64,000 nt of DNA, taken from NCBI RefSeq assembly GCF_009914755.1, contig NC_060941.1. One strand, 5' to 3'. Origin of the DNA: the human T2T-CHM13v2.0 reference genome, Homo sapiens. The notes under the pieces are model-generated. The model was not told the origin of the DNA, searched no databases, and worked only from the letters and a program-made list of their open reading frames with translations. The position numbers were made by a program, and so were the translations under genes. Shown one piece after another: positions 1 to 20,629 of this stretch (its first letter is position 1; each line of letters opens with the position of its first letter).

Positions 1-128
1 ATATGGGAGGATATGTGTAGGTTATATGCAAAAACCACAGCACTTTATAAAAGGTATTTCAGCATCTGTGAATATTGGTATCTGCAGGGGCCCTAGCACC
101 AATCCCCTGTGCATACTGAGGGACAACT
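1..128. mobile_element. Tigger3/MER2-like DNA transposon end (partial)
   Basis: Terminus ...ATACTGAGGGACAACTATA resembles a Tigger terminal inverted repeat; subfamily from memory. Confidence 0.6.
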
Positions 129-129
129 A

Positions 130-315
<186 letters not shown>

Positions 316-421
316 TTAGGTATGTTTGTAAGCATTGTTAAGACACTGTTACACAATATCAAATGGATAACAAAATCCTTAAAAAATAATATGAATAGCC
401 TAGGACTTATAAAATGGCTTA

Positions 422-535
<114 letters not shown>

Positions 536-918
536 TTATAGACTGTGGATGAGAATGGAATAAAAGAAATAAAGAATAAGTGCTAGGCACTGAGGAGTTA
601 AGTACGGTATAACCCACACAGCCTAAGCTGAACAGTTTTGTTTTTTTAGATAAGTAATGCACACATGCACATGGTAAATACATCAAATAGCACAAAAGGG
701 TGGCCAGTGAAAAGTAACACTCCCTCCCACTTCTGCACCCCAGCCCCCCAGTTCCCTTCCCAGGAAGCAACACTAACAAATTTCTTGTATATCCATCCAG
801 AAATATTCCACTAATATACTAGCATATATGCACTATCATTCCCTGTCCCCAGCCACATTTTTAACCCCAAGAATAGTAAACCTTGCTCTACATCTTGCCT
901 TTTTAAAAACTGAGGTAT

Positions 919-1553
<635 letters not shown>

Positions 1554-1980
1554 CACATTTAACATTTTTCAGTGTGCAATTAAGTGACATGTAGAAAACT
1601 CACAAAGCTGTGCAACTAGCACCTCTATCAAGTTCCAAAACATTTTCATCACCCCCAAAAGGAGGCACTGTATCTGAGCAGTCACTCCCCATTTCTCCTC
1701 CCTACATCTTGCCTTATCAGTGCCATGGAGATTGTTTCCAGTCCTTTACTACTCTAAACCATGCTGCAATCATTATCTCTATTTATAATTTTAGTGCACT
1801 ACGTAAATAAGTCTGTGGCATAAATTCACAAATGTGGTACTACTGGATCAAGGTATGTGCATTTGTAATTAAGCCTTCCAAATTGCCAAAATGCTTTCCA
1901 AAGTGGCTGTACCAATTTACATTCACATAGGTAATATACGAGCACCTATCTCCCCACACCCTGACCAAATGACATTCTCC

Positions 1981-2550
<570 letters not shown>

Positions 2551-2725
2551 TGTTCTCCAACTTTTTGATCTTAGCCAACCTAATAGGTAAGAAACCAGAA
2601 CTCTTTATAGTTTTAATTTGCTTTTCTTTTTAAAGAGACTGGACATCTTTTCAAGTTTAAAAGCAAACTGAATTTCCTTTTCTGTGAACTGTCCAAGTTC
2701 TTTGTCCGCTTTTCTATTTGGTGGT

Positions 2726-3045
2726 TGCTATGGACTAAACGTGTCCCACCAAAATTAGTATGTTGAAATCCTAATCCCCATTGTGATGGTATTTAGAGAT
2801 GGAGGCTTTGGGAGGTAATCAGGTCATGGTAATCAGCCCTCATGATGGGATTAGTGCCCCTATAAGAGATAGAAGAGAGCTTGCTACCACTCTCTGCTCC
2901 CCTCAATGTGAGGAATCAGGAAGACAGTCCTCCCCAGAACCTGACCCTGCTGGCACCCTGATCTCAGACTTCCTAGCCTCCAGAACTATGAGAAAGAAAT
3001 TTCATTTGTTTATAAGCCACCTGGTCTATGGTAATTCGTTACACA
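2726..3045 (+). mobile_element. MLT1-family (ERVL-MaLR) solo LTR
   Basis: TGCTATGGACTAAACGTGTCCC...CCAGAACTATGAGAAAGAAATTTC...TTTATAAGCCACC. Confidence 0.75.
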
Positions 3046-3365
3046 GTGGTCTCTTTCTTAATGATTTCTAAGCAAACTTTGTAGCCATATACATAGAAAA
3101 TTAGTCCTTTGTCATAACATTGCAAAGATCTTTCCCAGTTTGTTGGCTGTCTTTTGATTTTGCTTACAGTACTTTTTTATACAGAAAATTTTAATATTTT
3201 CTTTTTATGGCTTCTGAGTTTTATATCATGCTTAAAAAGACCTTTATCACTCAGATTATTTTTTTAATTCTCCCATGTTTTCTTCCAGTACTGTTATGAT
3301 CTCACTTTTTACACTTAGATTTTAATACATCTTTTTTGTTTGTTTTATTTATTTTGTTGTAAGTT

Positions 3366-3541
3366 CCTTTTTCTTTTTTTTTTTTTTAAGAGATGGGGTC
3401 TTGCCATGTTGCCAGGCTGTTGTGAGTGCAGTGGCTATTCACAGATACAATCATAGTGTACTACAACCTTGAACTCCTAGACTCCAATGGTCCTCCTTCC
3501 TCAGCCTCCCAAGTAGCTGGAACTACAGGCATGCACAACCA
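3366..3541 (-). mobile_element. FAM-type free Alu monomer
   Basis: Retains the 7SL-like GTGGCTATTCACAG segment that dimeric Alus lack. Confidence 0.6.
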
Positions 3542-3659
3542 CTCTATAAGCTTTTTTAAATATCAAAAACACCAAAAAAAAAGAGGGCCACAAAGATAAA
3601 GGTTCAATAAATTATATAAATACAAGATAATATTTTGGTGTTAATAGAAATAATTTTTA

Positions 3660-4425
<766 letters not shown>

Positions 4426-5355
4426 GCAAAGCACAAATGATTTTAATGTATCAATGAACCACAAAGTGCATGCAATGGGTCTGAGAAGAAAGGTGCTGAA
4501 AAAGCATTTAATCTCCTCAAAGATCTCATGTTGTATGCCGAAAATTTCCAAGTAGAGCAAGAACATACTTGTTCTGCTACTTTAAATGAGTGTTGGTGTT
4601 GGGGGTCCCGGGGTGAAAGCCTGGGCCCCAATTCGGAACATAATGACCTTATAAATTCCATTTTCTAGCATCCTGAAACAACAGTAAGAATAAGGGATGT
4701 GTATCAAAGTCAATTAGGCACACTCATTGGTATAAATATTTAAGAGAAAAAGGAACTAGACAAATTCAAGGTACTAAAAGCTAATTAACATCAGTATTCA
4801 AGGGGAGGGGCTTTGTCAGTAAACTCCCAGTGAGAGATTTACCACTTACTTAGATCTTACATAAATGTATAGGGATGCTAAATGTGGCCATAGAAGTGGT
4901 TTCTAGCCCACTGTTCCTGAAATTGTTTCAGAAAACTAATAAAATTCTGATGGCCATTCTCCAAACAGTCCGAGTCCTGGCCCTCCACCATTCCTCTCCA
5001 AGGAATTTTCTTTCGTTTCTCTCTACCAGCCTCATAGTTCATCTGTCCATTAATCCATTAGCTTCTTCATTCAAGAGACGATTAATAAGCAACTTATATG
5101 CCACACAATGGGCTAGGCACTGAAGTTACAAGAATGAATTTGACAATGCCTGGCCCATGACAGTGCTTAATGAATGTTTGTTATTGAATAAAGACAGGGC
5201 ATTTGGAATGTAGAGCTATTAAAGACAGGCTAAGGCCACAACAGGGGCAGTATGAACAAAATTCAGGGCACACAAAAGGGGAAACATGAAAACAGAAAAG
5301 TAGTCCCAAAGAAGTGTGACATCTTTGTTTTTTTTTTTTTGTATGAAAAAAATAA

Positions 5356-6215
5356 GGTGGGGGGCAGCCCCCACCCAGCCAGCCGCCCCGTCTGGGAGGG
5401 AGGTAGGGGGCAGTCCCTGCTCCGCCAGCCGCCCCGTCCGGGAGGGAGGTGGGGGGCAGCCCCCGCCTGGCCAGCCGCCCCGTCCGGGAGGGAGGTGGGG
5501 GGTAGCCACCGCCCGACCAGCCGCCCCGTCCGGGAGGGAGGTGGGGGGCAGCCCCCGCCCGGCCACTGCCCCGTCCGGGAGGTGGGGGGCACCTCTGCCC
5601 GGCCGCCCCGTCTGGGAAGTGAGGAGCCCCTCTGCCCGGCCGCCACCCCATCTGGGAGGAGTACCCAACAGCTCATTGAGAACGGGCCATGATGACGATG
5701 GGGGTTTTGTCGAATAGAAAAGGGGGAAATGTGGGGAAAAGAAAGAGAGATCAGATTGTTACTGTGTCTGTGTGGAAAGAGGTAGACATGGGAGACTCCA
5801 TTTTGTTCTGTACTAAGAAAAATTCTTCTGCCTTGGGATGCTGTTAATCTATAACCTTACCCCCAACCCCCTGCTCTCTGAAACATGTGCTGTGTCCACT
5901 CAGGGTTAAATGGATTAAGGGCGGTGCAAGATGTGCTTTGTTAAACAGATGCTTGAAGGCAGCATGCTCGTTAAGAGTCATCACCACTCCCTAATCTCAA
6001 GTACCCAGGAACACAAACACTGCGGAAGAACGCAGGGACCTCTGCCTAGGAAAACCAGACACCCTTGTTCACATGTTTATCTGCTGACCTTCCCTCCACT
6101 ATTGTCCTATGACCCTGCCAAATCCCCCTCTCCGAGAAACACCCAAGAATGATCAATAAATACTATAAAAAATAAAAAAAAATAAAAATAAATTAAAAAT
6201 AAAAAATAAAAAAAA
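5356..6215 (+). mobile_element. 5'-truncated SVA retrotransposon (VNTR + SINE-R + poly(A)), antisense within MRPS23 intron 2
   Basis: About six GC-rich VNTR units (GGGAGGGAGGTGGGGGGCAGCCCCC...) at 5356-5660; HERV-K-derived SINE-R (CAGCTCATTGAGAACGGGCCATGATGAC...); AATAAA at 6155-6160; A-tail; approximate TSD GAAAAAA(A)TA on both sides. Confidence 0.93.
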
Positions 6216-6261
6216 GAAAAAATAGAGAACTTTAAAGATATTTTTAAGAATGTTGCTAGGA

Positions 6262-7265
<1,004 letters not shown>

Positions 7266-7329
7266 TAATCATTATCAATACTGACAAGGATAAAGTAAGA
7301 ACTCTCAGAAACTGCTAATCAGAGTGTAA

Positions 7330-7977
<648 letters not shown>

Positions 7978-8044
7978 TAGATCCACAGACCACGTTCCTC
8001 CTATCTCCACTCGTGGAGAAGGCCGGCATAATGATCACCATAAG

Positions 8045-8260
8045 CTTGGAGTCAGAGATGTGATTCCCAGATCTGCCACCCTCCTATATATTTAGTAATT
8101 ACAAGAAGTTAGCTAATTTCCTTGAGCTTCGCAGTCTCCTTGAATAAAATGGAAACAAGAATACCTTCCTTACAAGTTAGAGTAAGGCCTTTAGAGAATG
8201 AGATAATGCTTGCAAAGAGCTTAGTACAGTGCCTGGCCCAAAGCAGATGCCCAGAAACAT
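8045..8260 (+). mobile_element. MIR; further MIRs near 10690, 15240, 37450, 49310, 54330, 56420 and 62090
   Basis: MIR core-like motifs (TAAAATGG...ATACCTTCCTTACA...GAGATAATG...TTAGTACAGTGCCTGGC). Confidence 0.55.
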
Positions 8261-8486
8261 GCGGCTATAATTGCAATGATCTTTCGGTTGCTGGGCTCCA
8301 GATTCCACTTTTCAGAACTTCAGTTTCACTATGAGGAAGGGGTGCTGCCTCCCTAATTTGGCTAGATAAGCCTTCTCCACAGGGCAAACCCCTGACTCAA
8401 TTTCATGTTTGAATTCCCAGACTGCTACCGAAACCTTCCCTTCTGAAGTTCTGTTGCCTCCTGTCCACTACAGGGCTGAGCACTCA

Positions 8487-9990
<1,504 letters not shown>

Positions 9991-10019
9991 ATCTGGAGAA
10001 AGTCATCTCTCAGTGTTAA

Positions 10020-10560
10020 ACTGTAAAAAAATATAAACTGTGTGTAGCATACCCTTTGACCCAGTAATCATATTTCGGGGAAAGAACCCCTTAGAAATTA
10101 AAGCATCAATTCATGAGGATGTTTGTGCAAGGATCATCGTTGCAGCATTGTTTGTAGTGGGAAAAAAAATCCATCAGATGAGAAATAGCTGGAAAATTAT
10201 TGTTCATACTTTCTTTGGAACCCTATGCAGCTATTAAAATGAATGAGCTAGATCCACATGTATTTACCAAGGTTAAGGTACATGACTTATGTTTAAATGA
10301 AAAACGAAGTTGCAAAGAAACATGTTTAGTGGAATCTCAACGTGTTAGAAAAAAAAAAGGAAAAAGAAACACCTCTATATATGTTTGTGTTTGAGGATAG
10401 AAATTCTGCAGAAGGACACCCAAGGCTGTGAACATTGGATATCTCGGAGTGAAACTGCAGGCAGGCAAGGGAGAATTTTTTCTTCCTTTACACATGCTTC
10501 AGAGTTTGACTTGTAAAGAGATTGTATTCATATTTGAACTTTTAATCCAATGAATGTTTT
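10020..10560 (+). mobile_element. Old L1M 3'-end fragment; other degraded L1M pieces near 560-900, 1560-1980, 2560-3330, 39080-39500 and 55460-55960
   Basis: L1 3' motifs such as TGCAGCATTGTTTGTAGT and ATGCAGCTATTAAAATGAATGAG. Confidence 0.55.
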
Positions 10561-10922
10561 GAATCACACACAATGTCTCCTGGGAGCCTAGTCAAGTCAT
10601 CCTAGAGTCCTCCCACTCTGAGGCTGGTGAAGGGGAGGACGGGACTGTTTGATGAGTAGTTACTGCTTGTGTGTGTTATCTTACTGAATCCACATACCTT
10701 CCCATAAGGTAGCTATTAACATCCTCATTATAGATGAGAAAGCAAGGCCTCAGGAAGTTACATAACTTGTCTGATAAGCAACTGATAGAGCCAGCCTTGG
10801 GGGGGTGGGGCAGCCAGGGCCCTTTCCAGTGCCTCACAATGCCGCCTAAGCTATGCCTAAAGCTCGAGGCTGGTAGGCTCAAGAGTCCAGCAGAACGCCG
10901 CTCCCCACCCGCCCCCCCCACA

Positions 10923-10972
10923 ACACACACACACACACACACACACACGCACGCACGCACGCACGCACGCAC
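10923..10972. repeat. (CA)n-(CGCA)n compound microsatellite
   Basis: Directly visible. Confidence 0.9.
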
Positions 10973-11935
10973 GCCAGGGATCCAGTGATTTGAGGCCCAG
11001 GGCTAACCTGAGGTGGATTTCACTGCTGCCTCCAGACCCTCTGGAACAGAGAAGAGAGAGCACAGCTCTGGCCCCAGGCCAGGTGTAAAGGCTCTAGTAT
11101 CCCAGCCCTCAGGAGGTCTAAAAGACCTTGCTCTGGGGAGAGTAAACATGCTCCCAGCTAAATATAGTCTTCCCAGGCCTCATAACAACTTTCTAATTCT
11201 GTCCCAGCCAGCAAGCACTATCTGCCAGCCCAGATTACAGGCACACTTCTCTTCTCCCACCAGGAACTGCTACTGTAGGTTAGTGCAGTCACTGCAGCTA
11301 AAGAGTTAAAGGGTTTATTCCAAGATCAAGGAGGGGAACCAAAGACGCAAACCCTCAATAGGGGAAGAACTGCAAGGCAGAAATGTTCTCGCTAATCTTG
11401 GGGTGGTCCCTTCCTCTTCCAAGCCTTTGAAGTTTCCCTTTCCAGCCTGCTTCTGTGACTGAGAGCAGAATATTGGTGGGCAGACTTGGGGGTACTTTGG
11501 GGATAACAGCCTTCTGAGGCTACACAAGAAGTACACACCCAAGAAACATTCATTCATAATACAGGAGCAAGCTGTCGGGCAGCAGGGGGCAGGCAGAATG
11601 GACATTTGAGGCTGTCTTCTTGAGTGGGGACCACAGCCGCCCAAGGCTGTGAGGGCCTGGGGCACTTACACCACGCACCACTGTGCCGCGGGAGGTACCA
11701 AGGAACCTCAAGTGTCTCATTCAGTTGTTCAACCACCTGCTGACATAGGTAATGTCCTGCTAATCTTACAGATAAGGAAGTGGTGCTTGTAAACTCCCAA
11801 AGGCCATGTTCCTACAACACCACTCGGCCTCATATTAATCCCACTGTCTCATTGTAGACGTGCCCACTAATTGCTTCACTCTGAGCAAGTTATGTAACTT
11901 TTCGAGCCTCTGTTTCTCCAACTGTTAAAATGTGG

Positions 11936-12184
11936 AGCTGGGCTCAGTGGCTCATGCTTGTAATCCCAACATTTTGGGAGGCCAGTGTGGGAGGATTGCT
12001 TAAGCCAGGAGATCAAAACCAGCCTGGGCAAAATTAGCCAGGTGTGGTGGTGCATGCCTGTAATCCCAGCTACTCAGGGGACTGAGGTGGGAGGATGGCC
12101 TGAGCCCAGGAGTTCAAGGCTGCAGTGAGCCATGATCACACCACTGCACTCCAGCCTGGTCAACAGAGCCAAGACCCTGTCTCA

Positions 12185-12222
<38 letters not shown>
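11936..12222 (+). mobile_element. AluJ-like with (TAA)n tail
   Basis: Alu motifs with an internal deletion; (TAA)n at 12185-12222. Confidence 0.85.
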
Positions 12223-12223
<1 letters not shown>

Positions 12224-12591
12224 CTGGATGGCAGTGTCAACTATCTTCGTGGCTTGTTGCAAAAGTAAAAGAGATCATTCATGTAAAGCACTAATCACAG
12301 CACCTGGGACATAGTGAGTGCCTGTGAGCAGCAACAAGCCTGATGGCTGTAACAGCAACACGATTGCTGTTGTGCTGTGTCATCCACCCATTGCCACCTG
12401 GACTGCAGCATTTTGATAATATTTCATAGATTGCCTTACTGTTTTACTTTCTTGTTAGATGATCCGTTCGTTCCAGAAGCATATAAACACCTACCTGACT
12501 ATTCTGAGTCTTAGAGAATCCAACGGTCCAGTAGGGAAGACAGAGAGGTAAATACATAAATATTAAGTTATGTGCTGAATAGCTTGTTGAT

Positions 12592-12984
12592 TGTATGAAG
12601 TTTGCTAGGCCTGCCCTAACACCACTTGCACACAAAGTGGGTGGCTTAAACACAGATTTATTTTCTCCCTATTCTGGAGGCCAGAAGTCCAAGATCAAGG
12701 TGTCTGCAAGTTTAGTTTATTCTGCACTTGGCTAGTTTCTCCTTGCCTTGGAGACAGCTTTCTTCTCCCACGTCTTCACATGGTCTTTCCTCTGTGTGGG
12801 AAGGTTTTGTCCTAATCTCTTCTTATGAGGACACCAGTCTTATTGGATTAGGGCCCACCCTACTGACTTCATTTTAACTTAATTACCTCTTTAAAGACTA
12901 CCTCCTATTATAGTCACATTCTGAGGTACTGGAGTTAGGACCTCAACATATGATTTTTGGGGAGACACAGCTCAGCCCCTAACA
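12592..12984 (-). mobile_element. MLT1-family (ERVL-MaLR) solo LTR
   Basis: TTCTGGAGGCCAGAAGTCCAAGATCAAGGTG...GGGGAGACACAGCTCAGCCCCTAACA. Confidence 0.75.
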
Positions 12985-13362
12985 TAGATCAGTAAGTGCT
13001 GAATAGTTCCCATTTGCCCAAGCAGTTCCACACCCACTCTCTGCCGTCCTTCGCCCTGTTCTGTGCCTCGGGAGGCTGGCTTCTGTGGCCTGCATCCACC
13101 AGCTCCTTGCCCTCTGCTTCTGGCTGGATTCCAGTTGGTACTGCCAGCGGGCTCCCTCCTGGAACATAAAGTTCTAGAACATAAAATCACAGCTCTCTCA
13201 CCAGGTTCCAGCCACCGTCCCTCTCCTGCTCCTTCAAGCCTAGACATAGTTGGCAAGCTGTACCCCTCTGTTATTAGCCACGGGGTCTAGGCCATCCCTT
13301 GTGGCTTCCCATCACTCTGCCCACATCTTTGTGACAATGCCCGTATTTAAATAGTGCGTGGA

Positions 13363-14699
<1,337 letters not shown>

Positions 14700-15422
14700 T
14701 CAGACCCCCTTCCTAGGCTTCAAGGAACTGTCAAGAATCAGTTCAGGTGGAAAAGCTTTTCAGCCCCCAGCACACACTCGGTAAGATCGGGTGAGTGCCC
14801 AGACCTGCTCCCTCCCTTCCTATGCTTATCTCTTTCAGGGCTATGTCTGTGTTGTAACTCTGTTTACCTGTCTGAGTCTGGCTACAGGGGCCTTTTTGAG
14901 GGCAGGAACTAGGACTTTTAGCTCTGCCTCCCCACACCCGGCCTGGTGCTTGGCCCACAGCTCTCAGAGTTTTCCAGTGAACAGCATGGATAAATAAAGC
15001 CAAGTTAGGACAAATGAGGATGCTGTCATCTCAGCCTTCCCTTCACTGCCTGTGCATACCCAGCCCTCCCTCTCTCCCAGGCCCAGCTTTCCTTTGAGGC
15101 CTTCCCCAGATACACAGATAGGGAGAGAGCTGTGGGTGAATGGAAATAATCCCCTACCTCACCATTCACTTCACATCGTGAGCATTTCCGGTCTGGCTGT
15201 CCTCTGTGCCTCACTGACAGATAGTTCTCTTTTACAGTCCTCTGGGCCTCAGCTTCATTTGTAAAGTGGGGATAATCATAGCACCTAGCAGAGGGTTTGT
15301 AGTGAGGCACCAGTGGGTTCATACCTGCTAAGTGTTTAAAACAGTGCCCGGTATATGGTAACTACTCAATAAATAGAGTGATGGTAATTTCGGACTACGC
15401 TTTAGAGCAACAGTGTCCTTCA

Positions 15423-16134
<712 letters not shown>

Positions 16135-16883
16135 TACAAACTATTTTCATTTAGCTACCCACTCTTTTCTTCACCAAACCTGGGCTTGCCCCCAGGAAGA
16201 ATCCAGTTCAGGAAGAGAACTAAGTACTTTATGCCCTGGGAGGCCTATGTCACTGTGACCAGGGAAAAAAGGGCCAGCTAGGCCTGGAGCAAGAAGCTGG
16301 CCTTTTATTGTTGGAATTCAAGACCAGTTGCAATCACTCTGTGGGGTTTTGCAGCCCACCAAACCCCTTGAAGGCATACATTTCAGGGCCAGTGTGGGCC
16401 CCTCTCTTCCTGGGGAAGCCACAGCAACTCGATCTTTAATATGCACATGAATTTGCTGCAGATCTTGGAAAATGCAGTGTGACTCAGTAGGTCTGGGTCT
16501 GCATTTCTAGCAACCTTCCAGGTTGATGCCAGTGCTGCGAATCTGCAGTTGGGATAACGAACCCACCCGAGTATGCCCACGACTTTCCTAGTTTTGGCAC
16601 TGAAAGTTCTGCATCCAGGGAAACCAGGACAGTTGGTCGATGTATCCAAAGACCACACTTTGAATGGCAAGGTCAAAGCAAGGAAGCATGTGCTGTTTGT
16701 ACTGAGTTTCATAGTTCCTCCCACTGGAGTCCCTGGAATAATCCTCTTGTCCTGATAAAGAACTGTGACTCTTTACGCTCTAGAAAGGCCACCTGACTCC
16801 AAGCCTCAGCTCTTCAGGGTAGATGCTGGTTTTGGGGGGCCTGAAGCTTATCTAATCTTAGTGGCTCTCTTAAGAAAAAATTT

Positions 16884-17192
<309 letters not shown>

Positions 17193-17357
17193 ATTTAAAA
17201 TATCTTTGTTTTGCAAATTTTAGAAAACATATAACCATGTGAACAGAGTAAATTTCCCTCTGTCTCTTTGGCCTAAGGCCAAACAGGTGCTCGCATCTTC
17301 CTTCTGGGAAAATGGTGCTGGGTGTCTCAGTGGCCAGTGACTGCCACTTCTGCAAGA

Positions 17358-17376
17358 TGACCACCAGGTGGCAGTC
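17358..17376 (+). promoter_or_regulatory. CTCF motif, intergenic between the CUEDC1 3' end and the MRPS23 promoter
   Basis: TGACCACCAGGTGGCAGTC closely matches the CTCF core CCASYAGRKGGCRS. Confidence 0.6.
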
Positions 17377-18504
17377 GATTTACACAGCCCCCTTCACATG
17401 CCCACCCTCTCCCGCCTGGCCACCTCCAGAAATTTCCAACTCTTCCTCCAGCTGGTGCAGCCCATTAATCCAACAAATTAATCTATGCTGTGATAATGGG
17501 CATAAGGAGTTCATGTGCTTCTCTCTCAATAGCATATTTGCCATTTAATGGAAATGCTGAGAGATTGTTTTTAAAACCAGATAAAGAATGCTAATGGAGG
17601 CGTTCCAGGCACTCTGTTGGATCACGGATCACTTTGGTGATGTTTTTGAGCAAGTGGGCCCTTCTGTGCTCCACAGATTGCATCTGTGCAAAGGTGCTGC
17701 ATCTTAACCCCATCCCCCTGCATCCCAACCCGACCCCACCATGCTTAGTGTTTAGGTATCATCTCGGGAGCTCAGCTGCCTGGATTCATATGCAGGTACT
17801 ACCACCTCTTACTGAGGGTAGATGTTGAGTAAGGACTTTAACATCTCTGTGTGAAACGCACGTAGTAATACTGATTTCATATAATTGTTGTGAAGGATTC
17901 GGTAAAGTACCCTAGGAGTGTCTGGCACACAATAAACACTCGATAAAGAGCTACCATCTTCATACCACACCTTGCCTGCCTCCTTCATTCTTCAGAGCAA
18001 ATTCTCCTGTTTCCCCCCCAGACCCTATCTCCAACCAGTTGCTTCAAGAAAACAAAGGGAGAATTGAGACCCCAGCATGGTAATAACCAGGCAATTCTTG
18101 TGGGCACAGCGTTTTCCAGACCCATGATCGCCTTTTAAGTTGGGGCTGATCCCTGAGGACATCAAAGCATCATCAAGATAGGGAAGGGGCCCTGGCTGGA
18201 CCAGACTTCAGATAGCCCAGCTCTGCATTTTTGCAGAGGATAAATCTGCAAGTATCGCCTTGTGGATACCAGGAGTTCAGCACTTGCAGATGAGCAAGCA
18301 ATGTGAGGGTAGGTGGCTAAGGCAGTCATCTGGTCCAGCCTGTCCCTGCCCCTGGACCCATAGCCATCTTTAACCAGGCGTCAGCGGCTCCAGCAGAGGC
18401 TTCATCTCCTGCACTCCTTGTTAGACCTGGTAAGCATTCTCCCTCTCTTTCTCTCTCTGATTACAATCATCTCCAGTGTCATCTACACTAACAGGTAAAA
18501 TGGT

Positions 18505-19010
18505 GTAAGGGTCTCAAACTTGCTGCATATTAGAAGCACCTGGGATTTTACAATCTGATTCTCAGGCTAAATCCCAAACCAATTAAATCAGAATCTCTGG
18601 GAATGAGACCCACACATCAGAAATGATTCTAACGTACAGCAAGTTTGAGAACCAGTGTTCTAGAGCAGTGTTTCTCTAGCTTTAATGTGCATAGAAGTCA
18701 CCTGAAGAGCTTGTTAAAATGCGAATTCTGATCCAGTGAGGCTGGGGCAGAGCCTGAGATTCTTTTTCTAACAAGCTCCTAGGTAATAATGAATGTTGCT
18801 GGTCCATAGACCAAGCTGTGAGTGGTCAGATTGTGGAACTGTGGTTCTCAAATTTGAGCATGTATCAGAATGATCTGAAGGTCTTGTTAAAATGCACGCC
18901 AGTTTCCGATTCAGATCTGGAATGGGGCCTGATAATACGCATTCCTAACAAGTTCCCAGGGAATGGCGATGCTGCTGGTCCACAGGGCACACTTTGGGCA
19001 GCAGGGGTGT
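18505..19010. mobile_element. Cluster of MER5 (hAT-Charlie) fragments; similar pieces near 16420-16620, 19860-20000 and 60200-60380
   Basis: Diagnostic motifs such as CAGTGTTTCTC, TCAGAATCTCTG, CTAACAAGTTCCCAGG and TTTGAGAACCAG. Confidence 0.6.
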
Positions 19011-19309
19011 AGAGGAGGCAACACAAGTTTTGGAGTCAGGCAGCCCTCAGCCTCCTTTTCTGGCCTCATGACACTCTAGCTCTGTGATCTTGGATAAGTT
19101 ACTTAACCTCTCTGAACTGTAATTATACTATCTGTAAAGTGATCGTTATTGGGCAAGATCAAATGAGCTAAAACACCTAACACATTGCCAAGTGGGCTGG
19201 TCCTCAAGCTTGACGGCAGATTTAATTACCTTGGGAGCTTTTTTTAAAAAACAAACAAAAAACCCATAGTTGATTTAATTGGTCTAGGGTACTGAACATC
19301 AGGACGTTT

Positions 19310-19795
<486 letters not shown>

Positions 19796-20522
19796 AGGAT
19801 TTTTTTTAAAGCTACTCAAGTAATTCTGTGCAGCCAGTGCTAGGTACTGGCCTGGTACCATGGTTCCCAAACTGTGGTGTGCATCAGAATCACAGGTTGC
19901 TGGGCTGCACCCCCAGAGTTTCTGACTCAGTAGGTCTCGGATGGGACTGAGAATTGGCATTTGGAACAGCTTCCCAGGCAATGAATACCACGCAGAGAAC
20001 CAGGGCTGGAGGATAATCCTGGTTTGCTCAGGACAGCTCATGTGGAGCGTCACCCTGTCCCAGGTGTGCCACTTTACAAGCCCCCCTGGGTCTGACTGGG
20101 AGTGGGGCCAGACCCTGATGGGTGGGGAGGCCCCTGCAGGAGTGCAGGAGGCACAGTTGTTGTCAGGGAAGAGAGAGGGTGAGGTCACTGAGCTGAAACA
20201 TGGCATCAGGGGCAAGAGAGGCAGCCTTGGCAACAGTGACCCAGAGCCCAGGAGTAAGATGTGTGGTTGGAACCCCTAGGAGGCCGTTAGCTCAACACAA
20301 GGAAAAACTTCGACCTTGAGAACTGCCCTGTCTGGAAACGGCACCAGCTTCCTCTTCTGGCAGCGAGGGCCCTGTCCCTGTGGTGGAGGGCGGGGTAGTC
20401 CTGCTGAGCTGGAGGAGGAGGAGGAAGGAGAGATGTATCAACTGGGGCGATCTCTGAGTTCCCTTTGAAGTCTGAAATTGCACTTCCCTGCAACCTCCAG
20501 TCTGCCTTTAATCCAGAAGCTG

Positions 20523-20528
20523 TTTATT
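20523..20528 (-). terminator. Poly(A) signal AATAAA (distal, CUEDC1)
   Basis: TTTATT on the + strand. Confidence 0.65.
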
Positions 20529-20629
20529 TAGGGAGGTGGCCGTCTGGAGCTTTCTCAACAGACTGGCTTTCCCCATGGTGTTTCCCTTGCCTGATACAGC
20601 AAGCGGTTTACAGTCCTGGGCCAAACAGG

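Noticed and set aside
4602-4629. GC-rich hairpin GGGGTCCCGGGG-TGAAA-GCCTGGGCCCC as an ncRNA
   Set aside because: Short and imperfect, with no snoRNA, miRNA or tRNA hallmarks.
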